Positions 27,207-37,990 of a stretch of DNA of 64,000 nt are shown here, one piece after another (positions within the stretch are counted from its first letter, which is position 1; each line of letters begins with the position of its first letter). The notes under the pieces are model-generated. The model saw nothing but the letters and a program-made list of their open reading frames with translations, was not told the DNA's origin and ran no database searches. This DNA comes from an uncultured Verrucomicrobiae bacterium (GTDB taxonomy: Bacteria > Verrucomicrobiota > Verrucomicrobiia > Chthoniobacterales > Xiphinematobacteraceae). Made by a program: the position numbers and the translations under genes. The stretch is taken from positions 256,001 through 320,000 of the forward strand of contig CAVPNI010000004.1 of assembly GCA_963706715.1 (NCBI GenBank), read 5' to 3'.

Positions 27207-28892
27207 TTAACTTTCTGCGGGAGGCAATTTTTCAATGGAAGTCACTCTAGGGGCTGACCAACCCGCCCCTATGATGTCCCTCGCCTTCTTCTCTTTCCAC
27301 TCCAAAACAAAATTGCGTATCAACGCAAATAGAAACAAAAACTGAAATCCCTGTGATACTAAACTCATAGTAATTTGTCCGAAATAATAGCGTGCGACGT
27401 CCATCATATGGACCAAAGATATCGTCAGGCTAGTGAAGAAATTAAAACTGGCAAGATAAAGGACCAAGATGGCTGTGCCATATAATGACGCAAATTTATT
27501 TCCGGATAATAAGACTACTGCCGCGCCGGCTACCGAAAGGAGCGCCATTGGCAAAAAGAGATAATTTAACCAGACGACAGTTGATGCGAGAACGGCACGC
27601 AAAATGCTCGTCTGCTCTGGCAAGTCAAGTTTCTGAAGAGACTCGAAATAATCCTCCAATGGAGGCCACGGAATATTTGACTGTACCCTCCGTAAATCCT
27701 GTAGGTCTTCATTATAAACAAATTTCAGGCTATCACCGTGCCGGCTACTATATACATTATTCTCCTTCGGAGAGTAAAAGAACTCCATCTGTTTGATGAC
27801 CTTGCTCAACATGGCAAGTGGATACTCCACCCATCCTCGAAAGTAATAAGAGTAACACATCTTGGAAAACTCCTCCGGTCTCTCAAACTGATCAAATAAT
27901 CTATCAATGGGACCACCCCAGAGGAGATTATCGGGGTCGATTTTCAAGCCATAGCGACGTGTTGTAGGATTTTTCTGAGCGTTGCGAATCTCTTCCAAAA
28001 AAGCTGTCAAATAAGTTCTTTCTTTCGACTCAACAGGAAGCCGCAGGACATCCTTCTCGATCACATTGTAGAGAACCTCGGCATGCGCTGAAAGCAATGT
28101 ACCAGGTAGAAACCAAGCGCTCATTGCGGCCAATCTGTTTTTATGGAAAGTACTCGGAAGAATGAAGGCGCAAACTACCAAAAACAATGCTCCTAAACCC
28201 GCCCCCACTTTCCTCAACCATCTTCCAGGAATAAAGACCCAGGCATAAACCAGAGGAAGTAGTGATGTTGCAGCGGCGAGTCCCCAAGCCGGCTTCAAAT
28301 AAACATTCCCAAACGAAAATACGACCAGAACAACAGACCAAAGTATTGCTCTCCCATCGTACTTTTTTAGTAACACTCGGCGCGAGAGCTCAACGCCCGC
28401 CAACATTGTCACGGCACATGTCATCGGAAACAAACCCTCAGGCCGAATACTGTGCTCCATTAAAATGGTAAACTGAGAAAAAAGAAGCCCGCTAGCTGCC
28501 AACAGAGCGACAGCCCTCGTACTCCAGTCAAAAGCGCTGCTGGAAGGGAAAAAAATCCGAAGCCGAAAGATTATTGTCACCACTAACGCCGCAGCCACTA
28601 CGCCAGAAAAATGTTGGATCAAAACAATTGCATATAAGCTCTCAGTTGATGTGAGTACAGCCGTCAGAAAATACGGATAAAGAAAATCACGATATGTTGG
28701 AGTGTAATGACCCGTGTATACCATCCCTACAGCCGGACTTAAATATTCACCAGTATCCGCATCACAAATTGGCAATTGTGGCAGCGACAGCCTGAGATAC
28801 AATCCTAATGAAAATATTATGAACAATATTATCCAATATGATCTACTTAGTATAGCATCTCGGATTCCTGAAAATATGGAATAATGAGACAT
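27207..28892 (-). CDS. Multi-pass membrane protein, GT-C glycosyltransferase-like, intron-free paralogue
   Basis: TM1 followed by DADTGEYL loop; many TM helices; GT-C function is inference. Confidence 0.8.
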   Translation of the reverse strand: MSHYSIFSGIRDAILSRSYWIILFIIFSLGLYLRLSLPQLPICDADTGEYLSPAVGMVYTGHYTPTYRDFLYPYFLTAVLTSTESLYAIVLIQHFSGVVAAALVVTIIFRLRIFFPSSSAFDWSTRAVALLAASGLLFSQFTILMEHSIRPEGLFPMTCAVTMLAGVELSRRVLLKKYDGRAILWSVVLVVFSFGNVYLKPAWGLAAATSLLPLVYAWVFIPGRWLRKVGAGLGALFLVVCAFILPSTFHKNRLAAMSAWFLPGTLLSAHAEVLYNVIEKDVLRLPVESKERTYLTAFLEEIRNAQKNPTTRRYGLKIDPDNLLWGGPIDRLFDQFERPEEFSKMCYSYYFRGWVEYPLAMLSKVIKQMEFFYSPKENNVYSSRHGDSLKFVYNEDLQDLRRVQSNIPWPPLEDYFESLQKLDLPEQTSILRAVLASTVVWLNYLFLPMALLSVAGAAVVLLSGNKFASLYGTAILVLYLASFNFFTSLTISLVHMMDVARYYFGQITMSLVSQGFQFLFLFALIRNFVLEWKEKKARDIIGAGWSAPRVTSIEKLPPAES

Positions 28893-28914
28893 AGCTCCCT
28901 AGAAGCCATAGCTC

Positions 28915-30363
28915 TTAAATCAAAGCAAGAAGAAATTGCGGACAGATTCCGAAAAAAACAATGCTAGTCGAAAGGGCCACTAAAACAATCGCTGTATCAA
29001 TGGATATTTTTATCGCACCGGCATCGGGTGGGGAGGCTTGCCAATACATCACTCCAATGACTTTAATGTAATAGTAGAATCCGCAGCAAACTCCCAATGC
29101 ACCTAGTCCGACAAGAACCCATTGATGCGCTTGGATGGCTACCATGAAGATAAAAAACTTTCCGAAGAAGCCGACTGTCAAAGGAATTCCGGCTAGGGAA
29201 AGCATGGCAAAAACCATGCTCATCGCAAGCAATGGCGAGCGTTTTCCGAGTCCCCTAAAGTTCGACATTTCCTCTCCGCCTGTTTCGCGAGCAACCATCA
29301 CAACCGCAAAAAACGCCAGCAGTGTCATGAGAAGATAAGCACCTAGGTAAAACGAGACCGCTTTCGAGGCGAACGGGACGGTTAAACTCGAAACGCCCAT
29401 TAATAGAAAACCCGCATGTGCAATGCTTGAATAAGCCAGCAAGCGCTTCATATTTGCCTGCAACAACGCCGCCAAATTTCCAAAAAGTACTGTGAGTCCG
29501 GCCAGAATACTCAGGATTCCAAGTATTTTTGCCTGTAGGACAGGAGAGAAGACTTCTGCCATTCGAAGCAGCACTACAAATCCGGCTGCCTTTGACGCTA
29601 CGGAGAGATATGCGGTGACCGGCGTTGGCGCTCCTTGATAGACATCCGGCACCCAGAATTGAAATGGAAAAGCTCCAATTTTAAATCCGAAGCCAACCAA
29701 AACTAATCCTAAACCGAACAAAAGAGCAGGATGCGCACTAGTGGGAAGAACTTTCAGTGCAAGCGAAATTTCCTCAAAATTTGTTTGCCCGGTCACTCCA
29801 AAAATCCAACTGATTCCATAGACCAGAAAGCCAGTCGAGAACGCCCCCAGAACAAAGTATTTCACACCGGCTTCCAGACAAAGCGCATGGTACCGCATGT
29901 ACGCTACTAACACATAGAATACCACAGTAACTAATTCTAATGTGACAAATAAAAATATCAGATCGGAAGCCGAAACCAGCCACATCATTCCAGCACAGGC
30001 AAATAATGGAAGAATAAAGAATTCCCCCGTTCCGAGCCTCATTTGTCCGTCGGGTGTTGCAGCAGCAGGTGTTGCACCCGCCACAATACGGGAGTAGGGC
30101 AGAGACATCAAAAGAACAATGATAGTAGCGACCAGGATCAATTGTTTATAAAACAACGCGAGTCGATCTGAGGTATAAAAAGGCGAGGCACTGGCGGCTT
30201 GAGGGCCATAAATAAAAAGCGACAATAAGACGAGCACTAATCCTCCCACTCCGATCCAAGCTATCGGAGTTTGATTCTTTTCCTTCCGAATCGACTCTAG
30301 CAAGATCAACGCAATACCCAGACAGACAACAAAAATTTCAAGATAAATCGGATTTAAGGCCAT
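28915..30363 (-). CDS. nuoN: NADH-quinone oxidoreductase subunit N
   Basis: EAGVKYF, FKIGAFPFQFWVPDVYQGAP, KRLLAYSSIAHAG; ATG 30363. Confidence 0.95.
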   Translation of the reverse strand: MALNPIYLEIFVVCLGIALILLESIRKEKNQTPIAWIGVGGLVLVLLSLFIYGPQAASASPFYTSDRLALFYKQLILVATIIVLLMSLPYSRIVAGATPAAATPDGQMRLGTGEFFILPLFACAGMMWLVSASDLIFLFVTLELVTVVFYVLVAYMRYHALCLEAGVKYFVLGAFSTGFLVYGISWIFGVTGQTNFEEISLALKVLPTSAHPALLFGLGLVLVGFGFKIGAFPFQFWVPDVYQGAPTPVTAYLSVASKAAGFVVLLRMAEVFSPVLQAKILGILSILAGLTVLFGNLAALLQANMKRLLAYSSIAHAGFLLMGVSSLTVPFASKAVSFYLGAYLLMTLLAFFAVVMVARETGGEEMSNFRGLGKRSPLLAMSMVFAMLSLAGIPLTVGFFGKFFIFMVAIQAHQWVLVGLGALGVCCGFYYYIKVIGVMYWQASPPDAGAIKISIDTAIVLVALSTSIVFFGICPQFLLALI

Positions 30364-31817
30364 GTGAGTGATGGAAGAATCATTTCCAAGAATGGTTGAG
30401 GATAGAAACCGACTGATAATAACGCCACTAGTAAAAGAATGACAGCGAGCTGAGTAGCTGGGCGAAGGTCCTGAATATCCCTCCATTTCTGAGAAAAAGG
30501 ACCGAAAAATATCTTCCGATAAGCACGAAGAAAATAAACCGCCGAAAGAACTACGCCCCAAATTATTAAAATGTCAATAATCTGAAAGCGTCCCAAGTTC
30601 GAAAGTGTGACCTCTTGTTTAAAAGCGCCAAAAAAAACCATCAGCTCACCAACGAAATTGGCGAATCCGGGCACGCCGATAGAGGCCAACCCCGCCAGAC
30701 CAAACAAGATCCCCAGATGAGGCATCTTTTGGGCTAGGCCGCCCAAAGCGTTGAATTCAACAGTGCCTGTTCGTTCTCTTAATTCTCCACACAATGCAAA
30801 AAGCGCAGCGATAGAGAGGCCGTGTGCGAAAATAAGGGTTGTTGCTCCTGCTAGCGCCAGCACATTACCCGCAGCAAGACCGAGAAAAATATATCCCATG
30901 TGCATCACGCTGGAGTAACCGAGCATCCAATCCAAACGCTTCTGAGCTAAAGTAGCCATCCCAATAAACAAAAGATTTCCCGCCGCCAAAATCAAAAGAA
31001 GTGTGATCCATTGCTGGCTCGCCAGGGGAAATAACGGCACGACTATGCGCAAAAATCCATAAAGGCCGAATTTTTTAAGCACCCCTGCATGTAACATAGC
31101 TACAGGCGTTGGTGCACAGGCATAAGCAGGGGGTGCCCAGGAATGTAGCGGAAAAAGGGAAACCAGTGTTCCAAATCCGATTACCAAAAGGAGATAAACC
31201 CAGCTCTCTTGACGAATCAACCCAGCGGCACTTAAGTGCTGGAGCTCGCGCATGTCAAATGTGCGGGACCCGGCGGGACACGCAAAGTATAAGCCGATAA
31301 TTCCTAAAAGGAGAATAAAACTTCCAATTGCCAGATAAATAGTAGTCTTCCATGCAATTGCCTGTTTATCTCCGCGGCCCCAAATACCGATTAGAAGAAA
31401 GGTGGGAATCAATGCTAATTCATGAAATGAATAAAAGAAAAACACATCCAAGGAGGCAAAGGCACCAATCGCTCCAGCGGAAATAAGAAGGAGGCAGATA
31501 TAAAACCACCCTTCATTTTGGTCCACCTTCCGGCTAATCAAAATTGCCGCGAAGGAGACCAAGGTACTGAGCAGGAGAAGCATTAGGGTGAGGCCATCCG
31601 CCCCCAGTGTAAAATTGAGCCCCGCGGAAGGGAGAATTGAGAGGGACCAGACTAATTGGTATCCCGCTTGATCAAAGCGATAATTGATAAAAACGTAGGC
31701 ACAGAAAATCAGATTTATTCCGGTTCCTATTAAGCTGGCACGGCGTGCATTGAATCCCGCGGCGATTGCCGCGACCGTTGCTAATGGAACAAGGATGAGG
31801 GCAAGCAGCGGCGACAT
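30354..31817 (-). CDS. nuoM: NADH-quinone oxidoreductase subunit M
   Basis: FPLHSWAP, YSSVMHMG, GVPGFANFVGE; TGATG coupling with nuoL. Confidence 0.95.
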   Translation of the reverse strand: MSPLLALILVPLATVAAIAAGFNARRASLIGTGINLIFCAYVFINYRFDQAGYQLVWSLSILPSAGLNFTLGADGLTLMLLLLSTLVSFAAILISRKVDQNEGWFYICLLLISAGAIGAFASLDVFFFYSFHELALIPTFLLIGIWGRGDKQAIAWKTTIYLAIGSFILLLGIIGLYFACPAGSRTFDMRELQHLSAAGLIRQESWVYLLLVIGFGTLVSLFPLHSWAPPAYACAPTPVAMLHAGVLKKFGLYGFLRIVVPLFPLASQQWITLLLILAAGNLLFIGMATLAQKRLDWMLGYSSVMHMGYIFLGLAAGNVLALAGATTLIFAHGLSIAALFALCGELRERTGTVEFNALGGLAQKMPHLGILFGLAGLASIGVPGFANFVGELMVFFGAFKQEVTLSNLGRFQIIDILIIWGVVLSAVYFLRAYRKIFFGPFSQKWRDIQDLRPATQLAVILLLVALLSVGFYPQPFLEMILPSLTWP

Positions 31818-33631
31818 CACGTAAATAGCAGAAAAACAAGAAAGAGGACCACACCAATCCCAAAAAAGCACGTGTACGTCTGTAAATTGCCCAATTGGAG
31901 ATACCGGAGGAAAAATCCCAAAATCCAAACCATCCGTGCTACGCCTTGGACGCAAATAGAATTGATGACCCATCGATCCATCCATGAGATCCCTGATGCC
32001 AGGGCATCTTGGCACTTACGAACGCCCCAGTCGTACATCGTGTCGATATAGAGCCGGTTTGCAAAAAGTGGAATTCGTAATGGATCCTGAGCAGGGCCTC
32101 TCCAATACAAAGCAGCGGCAGCTACTAATCCTGTGAAAAAGAAACAGACGGGAATGAGTGGCTCAATTTCAGGATGCGGAGACTCCACTCCGGGAACGAA
32201 AAATCCACACACAATGGGATACCCGGAGAAAATCGCTGGCACCGCAAGGATGAGCATTGGGATGATCATGACAGCCGGGGATTCCTGCGCATGTTCACTC
32301 GACTGTGAACGCGCATGACCTAAAAAAGTTACAAGAAAAAGCCTGGTTGTATAAAAGGCTGTTAATCCCACTGTAAAAGCAGCGATCCAAAATAAGATTC
32401 GGTTTGAAGATGCCGCCCAAGCCAATATGAGATCTTTGCTAAAAGAACCGCTGAAAAAAGGCATCCCTGCCAGTGCAAGCCCACCTACTAACATCAGCAG
32501 GCAGGTGGTTGGCATTCGAGATCTCAGCCCTCCCATCTTCCAAATATTCTGTTCATGATGGAGTGCCACAATCACAGAGCCCGCCGCCAAGAAAAGAAGG
32601 CACTTAAAGAAAGCGTGGGTAAAAAGGTGAAAGATTGGCACTTCGGCGGATGCAGCAACTCCAATTCCTAAGACCATGTATCCTAACTGTGATATCGTCG
32701 AATAGGCTAAAATCCGTTTGATGTCATCCTGTTGGAGTGCCATTAGAGCCGCGACAATACAAGTCAAACACCCAACCCAAGCGATCACGTCGCGTGCTAT
32801 CGGAGCTGCAACAAGAAGAGGAAAAACACGCGCTAGCATGTAGACACCAGCAGCTACCATTGTAGCCGCATGTAAAAGGGATGAGACCGGCGTCGGACCC
32901 TCCATGGAATTTGGCAGCCATACATGGAGAGGCAACTGGGCAGACTTTCCAACCGCACCACAAAAAATAAGAATACAGCCAGAATTGATCCAAAAATTGT
33001 GCGGTAACAGAACCTCGATATTACGAAAAATATCTGTGAAAACCACAGATCCCGTTCCCACCCAGATCATCAAAATCCCGATCAGAAATCCAAAGTCACC
33101 AACGCGATTGACGATAAATGCTTGTTTACATGCTTCCGCCGCTGCCTCCCGCTCGTAATAGTGCCCGATCAGAATATAAGAACTCACTCCGACAAGTTCC
33201 CAAAATAGAAACATCATGATAAAGTTGTTCGAAAGCACGATTCCGAGCATCGAAAACAAAAAAAGGCAAAGGCCAGCAAAGTAGCGCGAATAGCCCGCTT
33301 CTCTTGCCATGTAACCTACGGAATAAATAAAAACGAGCGTTGAAATGGTAGTCACCAAGACGATCATCATTTTGCTCAACGGGTCCTGGAACGGAGCAAA
33401 AGGAACATGAAGAGACAGTGCCGAGTCTTTGACGTGGATCCAGTCGAAGCCATTGGGAACAAAGGTACTGGAAGAAAAAAACACGCCCCAACTCAGGATG
33501 CAGCAGATGAGAGCCGAGGCGATCGCCGTCAAGGCTGAGAAACTTTTGTGGTTCTTACCCCGGAAAAAGACGAGGATTGCGGCAACTAGAGGTGCAAAAA
33601 GAATCACCCAAAGAAAGGAGGAACAATTCAT
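31817..33631 (-). CDS. nuoL: NADH-quinone oxidoreductase subunit L
   Basis: WELVGVSSY, GKSAQLPLHVWLP, MEGPTPVS, HLFTHAFFK. Confidence 0.96.
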   Translation of the reverse strand: MNCSSFLWVILFAPLVAAILVFFRGKNHKSFSALTAIASALICCILSWGVFFSSSTFVPNGFDWIHVKDSALSLHVPFAPFQDPLSKMMIVLVTTISTLVFIYSVGYMAREAGYSRYFAGLCLFLFSMLGIVLSNNFIMMFLFWELVGVSSYILIGHYYEREAAAEACKQAFIVNRVGDFGFLIGILMIWVGTGSVVFTDIFRNIEVLLPHNFWINSGCILIFCGAVGKSAQLPLHVWLPNSMEGPTPVSSLLHAATMVAAGVYMLARVFPLLVAAPIARDVIAWVGCLTCIVAALMALQQDDIKRILAYSTISQLGYMVLGIGVAASAEVPIFHLFTHAFFKCLLFLAAGSVIVALHHEQNIWKMGGLRSRMPTTCLLMLVGGLALAGMPFFSGSFSKDLILAWAASSNRILFWIAAFTVGLTAFYTTRLFLVTFLGHARSQSSEHAQESPAVMIIPMLILAVPAIFSGYPIVCGFFVPGVESPHPEIEPLIPVCFFFTGLVAAAALYWRGPAQDPLRIPLFANRLYIDTMYDWGVRKCQDALASGISWMDRWVINSICVQGVARMVWILGFFLRYLQLGNLQTYTCFFGIGVVLFLVFLLFT

Positions 33632-33640
33632 TGCGTGTTC

Positions 33641-33961
33641 TTATAGTTTCATTTGGTCGAGATCCTCGACATGGACTGTTTGCTTGACCTTAAACAAGGC
33701 CACGAGGATAGCCAAACCCACCGCCACTTCCGCCGCAGCTACGGTAATAATGAAGAAAACCAGTATCTGACCATGATAGTTCGGTATTTCCGGGCCATTG
33801 ACGTCGAATCTGGAAAACGCAACTAAAGAAAGATTAGCTGCACTCAGCATCAGCTCCAGGCACATGAAAACGATGAGGAGATTGCGCCGAAGCAATACCC
33901 CTATAAGTCCCACCGCGAAGAGTATACCGCTGACAAACAAATAATGAGCGAGAGTTGGCAT
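33641..33961 (-). CDS. nuoK: NADH-quinone oxidoreductase subunit K
   Basis: [19 protein letters not shown]. Confidence 0.95.
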   Translation of the reverse strand: MPTLAHYLFVSGILFAVGLIGVLLRRNLLIVFMCLELMLSAANLSLVAFSRFDVNGPEIPNYHGQILVFFIITVAAAEVAVGLAILVALFKVKQTVHVEDLDQMKL

Positions 33962-34462
33962 TTATTCAGGGTCCTTGCTAAGTAAAATGATACCTAGGGT
34001 TGCAACTAATAAAAGTACCCCCATTACTTGGAATGGTAAGTTGTAGCGGAGAAAAAGAAGCAAGCCAACAGAGGTCACATCATCTGTCGCTGAGGGTAAA
34101 AGTGTAGGAATGACGATATCTCTGTTGGGCACGGTGCGAACGGCGGCTGTCAGTACCAGACAAAATCCCAGCATGGTCATAATACCGGTCGCAAGCATTG
34201 TCTTATTAATAGAGCGCTGTCCCTCATTTTTGATGAATAATAGCATCACTATAAACAAGAATAAGACCATCACTGCACCGGCATAAATCAGGATCTGTGC
34301 AATCCCGATAAAAAACGCGTCCAGCGTAAAGAAAAGGCAGGCAAGAAACATAAAGGACACCACCAAATTCATGGCGCTAATTACCGTATTGCGCGAAGTG
34401 ACAATCCCAAATGCAAAAGCCAACATGAGAATGGAAAACAACCAGAAAAGGAGTAAACGCAT
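33962..34462 (-). CDS. nuoJ: NADH-quinone oxidoreductase subunit J
   Basis: QILIYAGAVMVLFLFIVML. Confidence 0.94.
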   Translation of the reverse strand: MRLLLFWLFSILMLAFAFGIVTSRNTVISAMNLVVSFMFLACLFFTLDAFFIGIAQILIYAGAVMVLFLFIVMLLFIKNEGQRSINKTMLATGIMTMLGFCLVLTAAVRTVPNRDIVIPTLLPSATDDVTSVGLLLFLRYNLPFQVMGVLLLVATLGIILLSKDPE

Positions 34463-34479
34463 AAATGAATCGCTTCAGC

Positions 34480-35010
34480 TTATTTTTTTTTGTTCCATTT
34501 GAAGATCAGTCCTTTCATGACTCCACCAAGTTCATAAAGTTTTTTCTTGTCGTGGATCATTGCGCCGCGCGAATAGCCGGTGAAGGAATAATCTTTCCTC
34601 AAGAAGATAGCCTCTTCCGGACAGACTTCTTCGCACAGACCGCAGTAAATGCAACGAATCATATCAATGTTAAATTCCTTGGGACGCTTTTCCACCTTAG
34701 CCCAAGGATCTCCAGCAGGAATTTCTTCGGGTTGAATGGAGATAGCCTGAGGAGGACAAATGAACTCGCACAATTGGCAAGCTACACACCTGTCTTTTCC
34801 CCACTCGTCTGTAACCAGAGTGGGAGCCCCTCGATAATACGAGGGTAGCTGAGAGTCCCACCGCTGCTCGGGGTACTCCATGGTGACTCGAGTCTTTCTA
34901 AAAAGCGAATTTTTAAAGTGTTTCCAAGTAATCATCAGTCCCGTCAAAATGGCGGGCAAAAACAATTTTTCGGAGAAAGTCAATTGCGGACGGCGGACAG
35001 TGATAGCCAT
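34480..35010 (-). CDS. nuoI: NADH-quinone oxidoreductase subunit I
   Basis: Two CxxCxxCxxxCP 4Fe-4S motifs. Confidence 0.96.
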   Translation of the reverse strand: MAITVRRPQLTFSEKLFLPAILTGLMITWKHFKNSLFRKTRVTMEYPEQRWDSQLPSYYRGAPTLVTDEWGKDRCVACQLCEFICPPQAISIQPEEIPAGDPWAKVEKRPKEFNIDMIRCIYCGLCEEVCPEEAIFLRKDYSFTGYSRGAMIHDKKKLYELGGVMKGLIFKWNKKK

Positions 35011-35024
35011 ATGAAGGTGTCAAA

Positions 35025-36191
35025 TTAATGCTGTTTCCAGTATGCCAATATAAACGCAGTGAGAAAAATATTCACCAACGCGATTTCGAAGAGATAGTAC
35101 CACCCCAATTTCATCAACTGATCGTATCGAAAACGGGGTAATGTCCATCTGATCCAGATAAAGAAAAAGAGGACCACTGCTACTTTGGCAAAAAAAGTCA
35201 GTATATTCACAATGCCCCAAATCGTCCCCTGGCTACCATCCGGTATGAAGGGGAGACTCCATCCGCCCAGGAAAAGAGTCACAATCACTCCAGCTCCGGC
35301 AATCATTGCAGCGTACTCGCCGAGAAAAAATAGTGCGAAACCCATTGAGGAATACTCCGTGTGATAGCCGCCAACGAGTTCCTGTTCGGCCTCGGGCATA
35401 TCAAAGGGAAGACGGTTTGTTTCGGCTAACATCGCCACGGTAAAAATGAAAAAGGATACTAACATCAGGAGTGCAAGCACCACTTTTCTCAGTGAAAATC
35501 CGGCAACAAAAGAATCCCACACAGCGTAAAAATTTCCTTGCAGCAATTGATGCATTGAAAAGCCTGCCGGCCACCAGGGTGCGATCGTCCAGCCGTATTT
35601 CACTTGATATTCCACGATTTGTGGCAGATCCAATGAACCCATCATCAAAAAAATGGGGATTACAGAAAGTCCCAATGCCAGTTCATAGGAAATCATTTGT
35701 GCGCTGGACCGAATTCCTCCCAAAAAAGGATATTTGGAATTGGAAGCCCATCCTGCCAAGACAATCCCATAAACGCTTAAGGAAGAGACGGCGAAAACAT
35801 AGAGAATGCCGATGTTAATGTCCGCTATTACCATTTTTTGCCCGAAAAGGGTGCTGCCAAACGGAAGCACAGCAAGAACCAAGATCGGTGGAATCATCGT
35901 GAGTTTGGGGGCTATATAATAGAAAAATTTGTTTACTGTCGCAGGAATGAAATTCTCTTTTAAGAGCAATTTCGCTGCATCAGCAATCGGCTGCCCCAGC
36001 CCCCAAAGAGGCAGATCAGTAAATGGAAGTCCGACACGATTCGGCCCAATTCGATCTTGAATAAAAGCGCTGACTTTCCGTTCAGCGTATACTGTATAGG
36101 AAACGAGAAAGAGGATGATCCCGAGGAAAATCACTGACTTGAGTAGAGAAGTCCAAATCAAAAAAGGCCCCGGTTGAAATAAAAAATTCAT
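35025..36191 (-). CDS. nuoH: NADH-quinone oxidoreductase subunit H
   Basis: ERKVSAFIQDRIGPNR, AQMISYE, ETNRLPFDMPEAEQELVGGYHTEYS. Confidence 0.96.
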   Translation of the reverse strand: MNFLFQPGPFLIWTSLLKSVIFLGIILFLVSYTVYAERKVSAFIQDRIGPNRVGLPFTDLPLWGLGQPIADAAKLLLKENFIPATVNKFFYYIAPKLTMIPPILVLAVLPFGSTLFGQKMVIADINIGILYVFAVSSLSVYGIVLAGWASNSKYPFLGGIRSSAQMISYELALGLSVIPIFLMMGSLDLPQIVEYQVKYGWTIAPWWPAGFSMHQLLQGNFYAVWDSFVAGFSLRKVVLALLMLVSFFIFTVAMLAETNRLPFDMPEAEQELVGGYHTEYSSMGFALFFLGEYAAMIAGAGVIVTLFLGGWSLPFIPDGSQGTIWGIVNILTFFAKVAVVLFFFIWIRWTLPRFRYDQLMKLGWYYLFEIALVNIFLTAFILAYWKQH

Positions 36192-37840
36192 GTCTCAAGC
36201 TGAAAATTCTTTGAAAGGTCCACACCCAAATCACCAACAGCCGCTAGAGTGAGGCCTGCAAGTGCTGCGGTCTCCCGTGCCATTTGGCGAAAAATTCCTT
36301 CGATAGTTTGCGGCCACTCGGAATGAGTAACAGCAGCGAGGAGGTCACGGAGTACCATCCAATCGGGACGCGCCTCTCCCGGAGGCTGAATCGCGGCGTT
36401 CAAACGCTGGATTCGGCCTTTCACGTTGATCATAGTTCCCCGCTTTTCGGCAAAAGAAACAACAGGAAGAAGTACGGAAGCCAAAGCCGTCGTGGCATTG
36501 GATAGGAAATCCAGGACGATCAGGGAATGGAGCTTGTTTAGAGTAGTTGTAGGAAGCCCGGATGCAGTGACATCTTCTCCAACCACTAGCAACCCACGGA
36601 TTTTTCCTGCCTCGATGGCCTCAAGGATTCCTTTCAGTTTCGATCCCGGCGAGGATGTCGTCAACCCAAAGAGGCGTGCCCCTCGGGTATTCGGGTTGCC
36701 ATCATCTGAAATCAGGAACCCATCGCCTTTCTGGAAGCGCGGCACGACATCCATGAAAGTGATTTCGAGAGCCCGGGCTAAATGAGAAAGAAGATAAAGT
36801 TCTTCGTTTGTTGAGCGAGCGCTTGCAAGAAGGGCCGCCGCACCGCGCGTGGAGTTTAATTCGAGGACTGCTTGCCGAATTGCTTCTTCCCAGCCGACAT
36901 TTTCATCCGGTTTTTCTTTCAAGGTAATTTTCCGGAGTCGAGAGGGAGAATTGATGTACCGGTAATTCAAGCGGTGGGAATCCGGTAGCCAACAGGAATT
37001 GACGTGATCATTTTCTCGCGGAGTGATGCGAAAGATTTGATTCTCACGACTGCTGATTAAGATGTTGGAACCGGTGCCACAATTCACGTCGATACTCTTG
37101 GTCTCCTTAAGGAACCAAACACGCATCTTAAAACGAAATTCTTTGGAAGTCAGTGCCCCGACTGGACAAATGTCCACAGTGTTCAAAGAGTAATTGTTAT
37201 CCAGTCGTTTTCCAGGATAGAGGCTAAGAGTAGTGTAACCACCACGGTTGATAAATCCGAGCACATCCTCATGTGCGATCTCCTGCATGAAACGAACGCA
37301 CCGTGAACACATGATGCACCGCTCGTCATCCAGCACAATGTGCTTACCGATATCCACTCTCTTCGGTTTTTTGACTTTTTCTTCTTTAAAGCGAGACTTC
37401 CCCTCACCGTATTGAACACTGAATTCTTGAAGGCGGCACTCCCCTGCTTGATCACAAATTGGACAGTCTAAAGGATGGTTAATCAAAAGGAATTCCATGA
37501 CTCCGTGGCGACATTCCTGAACTAAAGCGGAATCCGTTCGAACGGCCATTCCCTCCGACACCTCCTGAGCGCAGGAAATAGCAGGGCGCGGACTCCAGTT
37601 GATTAGAGGACGACTATCAGGTCCCATTTCCGGCTTACGATCCGCTGTCATACGCGGCATGCCCACTTCCACCAAACACATGCGGCAATTACCCGGACTG
37701 CTGAGTTTCGGATGATAGCAATAATGGGGAATGAACTTGCCGCTTTGAAGACAAGCCTCAATCAGGCGGGTTCCCTTTGGAAATTGTTTCCATTCAGCAT
37801 CTACTTGGACATTTAGCATGGTAACCTGCGAAACACTCAT
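36188..37840 (-). CDS. nuoG: NADH-quinone oxidoreductase subunit G (short form)
   Basis: IPHYCYHP, GNCRMCLVE, NHPLDCPICDQAGECRLQ, RCIMCSRC, ICPVGAL. Confidence 0.93.
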   Translation of the reverse strand: MSVSQVTMLNVQVDAEWKQFPKGTRLIEACLQSGKFIPHYCYHPKLSSPGNCRMCLVEVGMPRMTADRKPEMGPDSRPLINWSPRPAISCAQEVSEGMAVRTDSALVQECRHGVMEFLLINHPLDCPICDQAGECRLQEFSVQYGEGKSRFKEEKVKKPKRVDIGKHIVLDDERCIMCSRCVRFMQEIAHEDVLGFINRGGYTTLSLYPGKRLDNNYSLNTVDICPVGALTSKEFRFKMRVWFLKETKSIDVNCGTGSNILISSRENQIFRITPRENDHVNSCWLPDSHRLNYRYINSPSRLRKITLKEKPDENVGWEEAIRQAVLELNSTRGAAALLASARSTNEELYLLSHLARALEITFMDVVPRFQKGDGFLISDDGNPNTRGARLFGLTTSSPGSKLKGILEAIEAGKIRGLLVVGEDVTASGLPTTTLNKLHSLIVLDFLSNATTALASVLLPVVSFAEKRGTMINVKGRIQRLNAAIQPPGEARPDWMVLRDLLAAVTHSEWPQTIEGIFRQMARETAALAGLTLAAVGDLGVDLSKNFQLET

Positions 37841-37990
37841 GGGAATCCACAGGTTTATCTAGAGATCCAATACTTTGTCTATGAACAAATTGTAACTTTT
37901 AAAAGGTCAATTATGTATAGCGAAAGTCGTGTAAAATGATCACGCATTTGGCACGGCGTCTATTATAAAAGAATCTGGAGAAGCCAGCAA

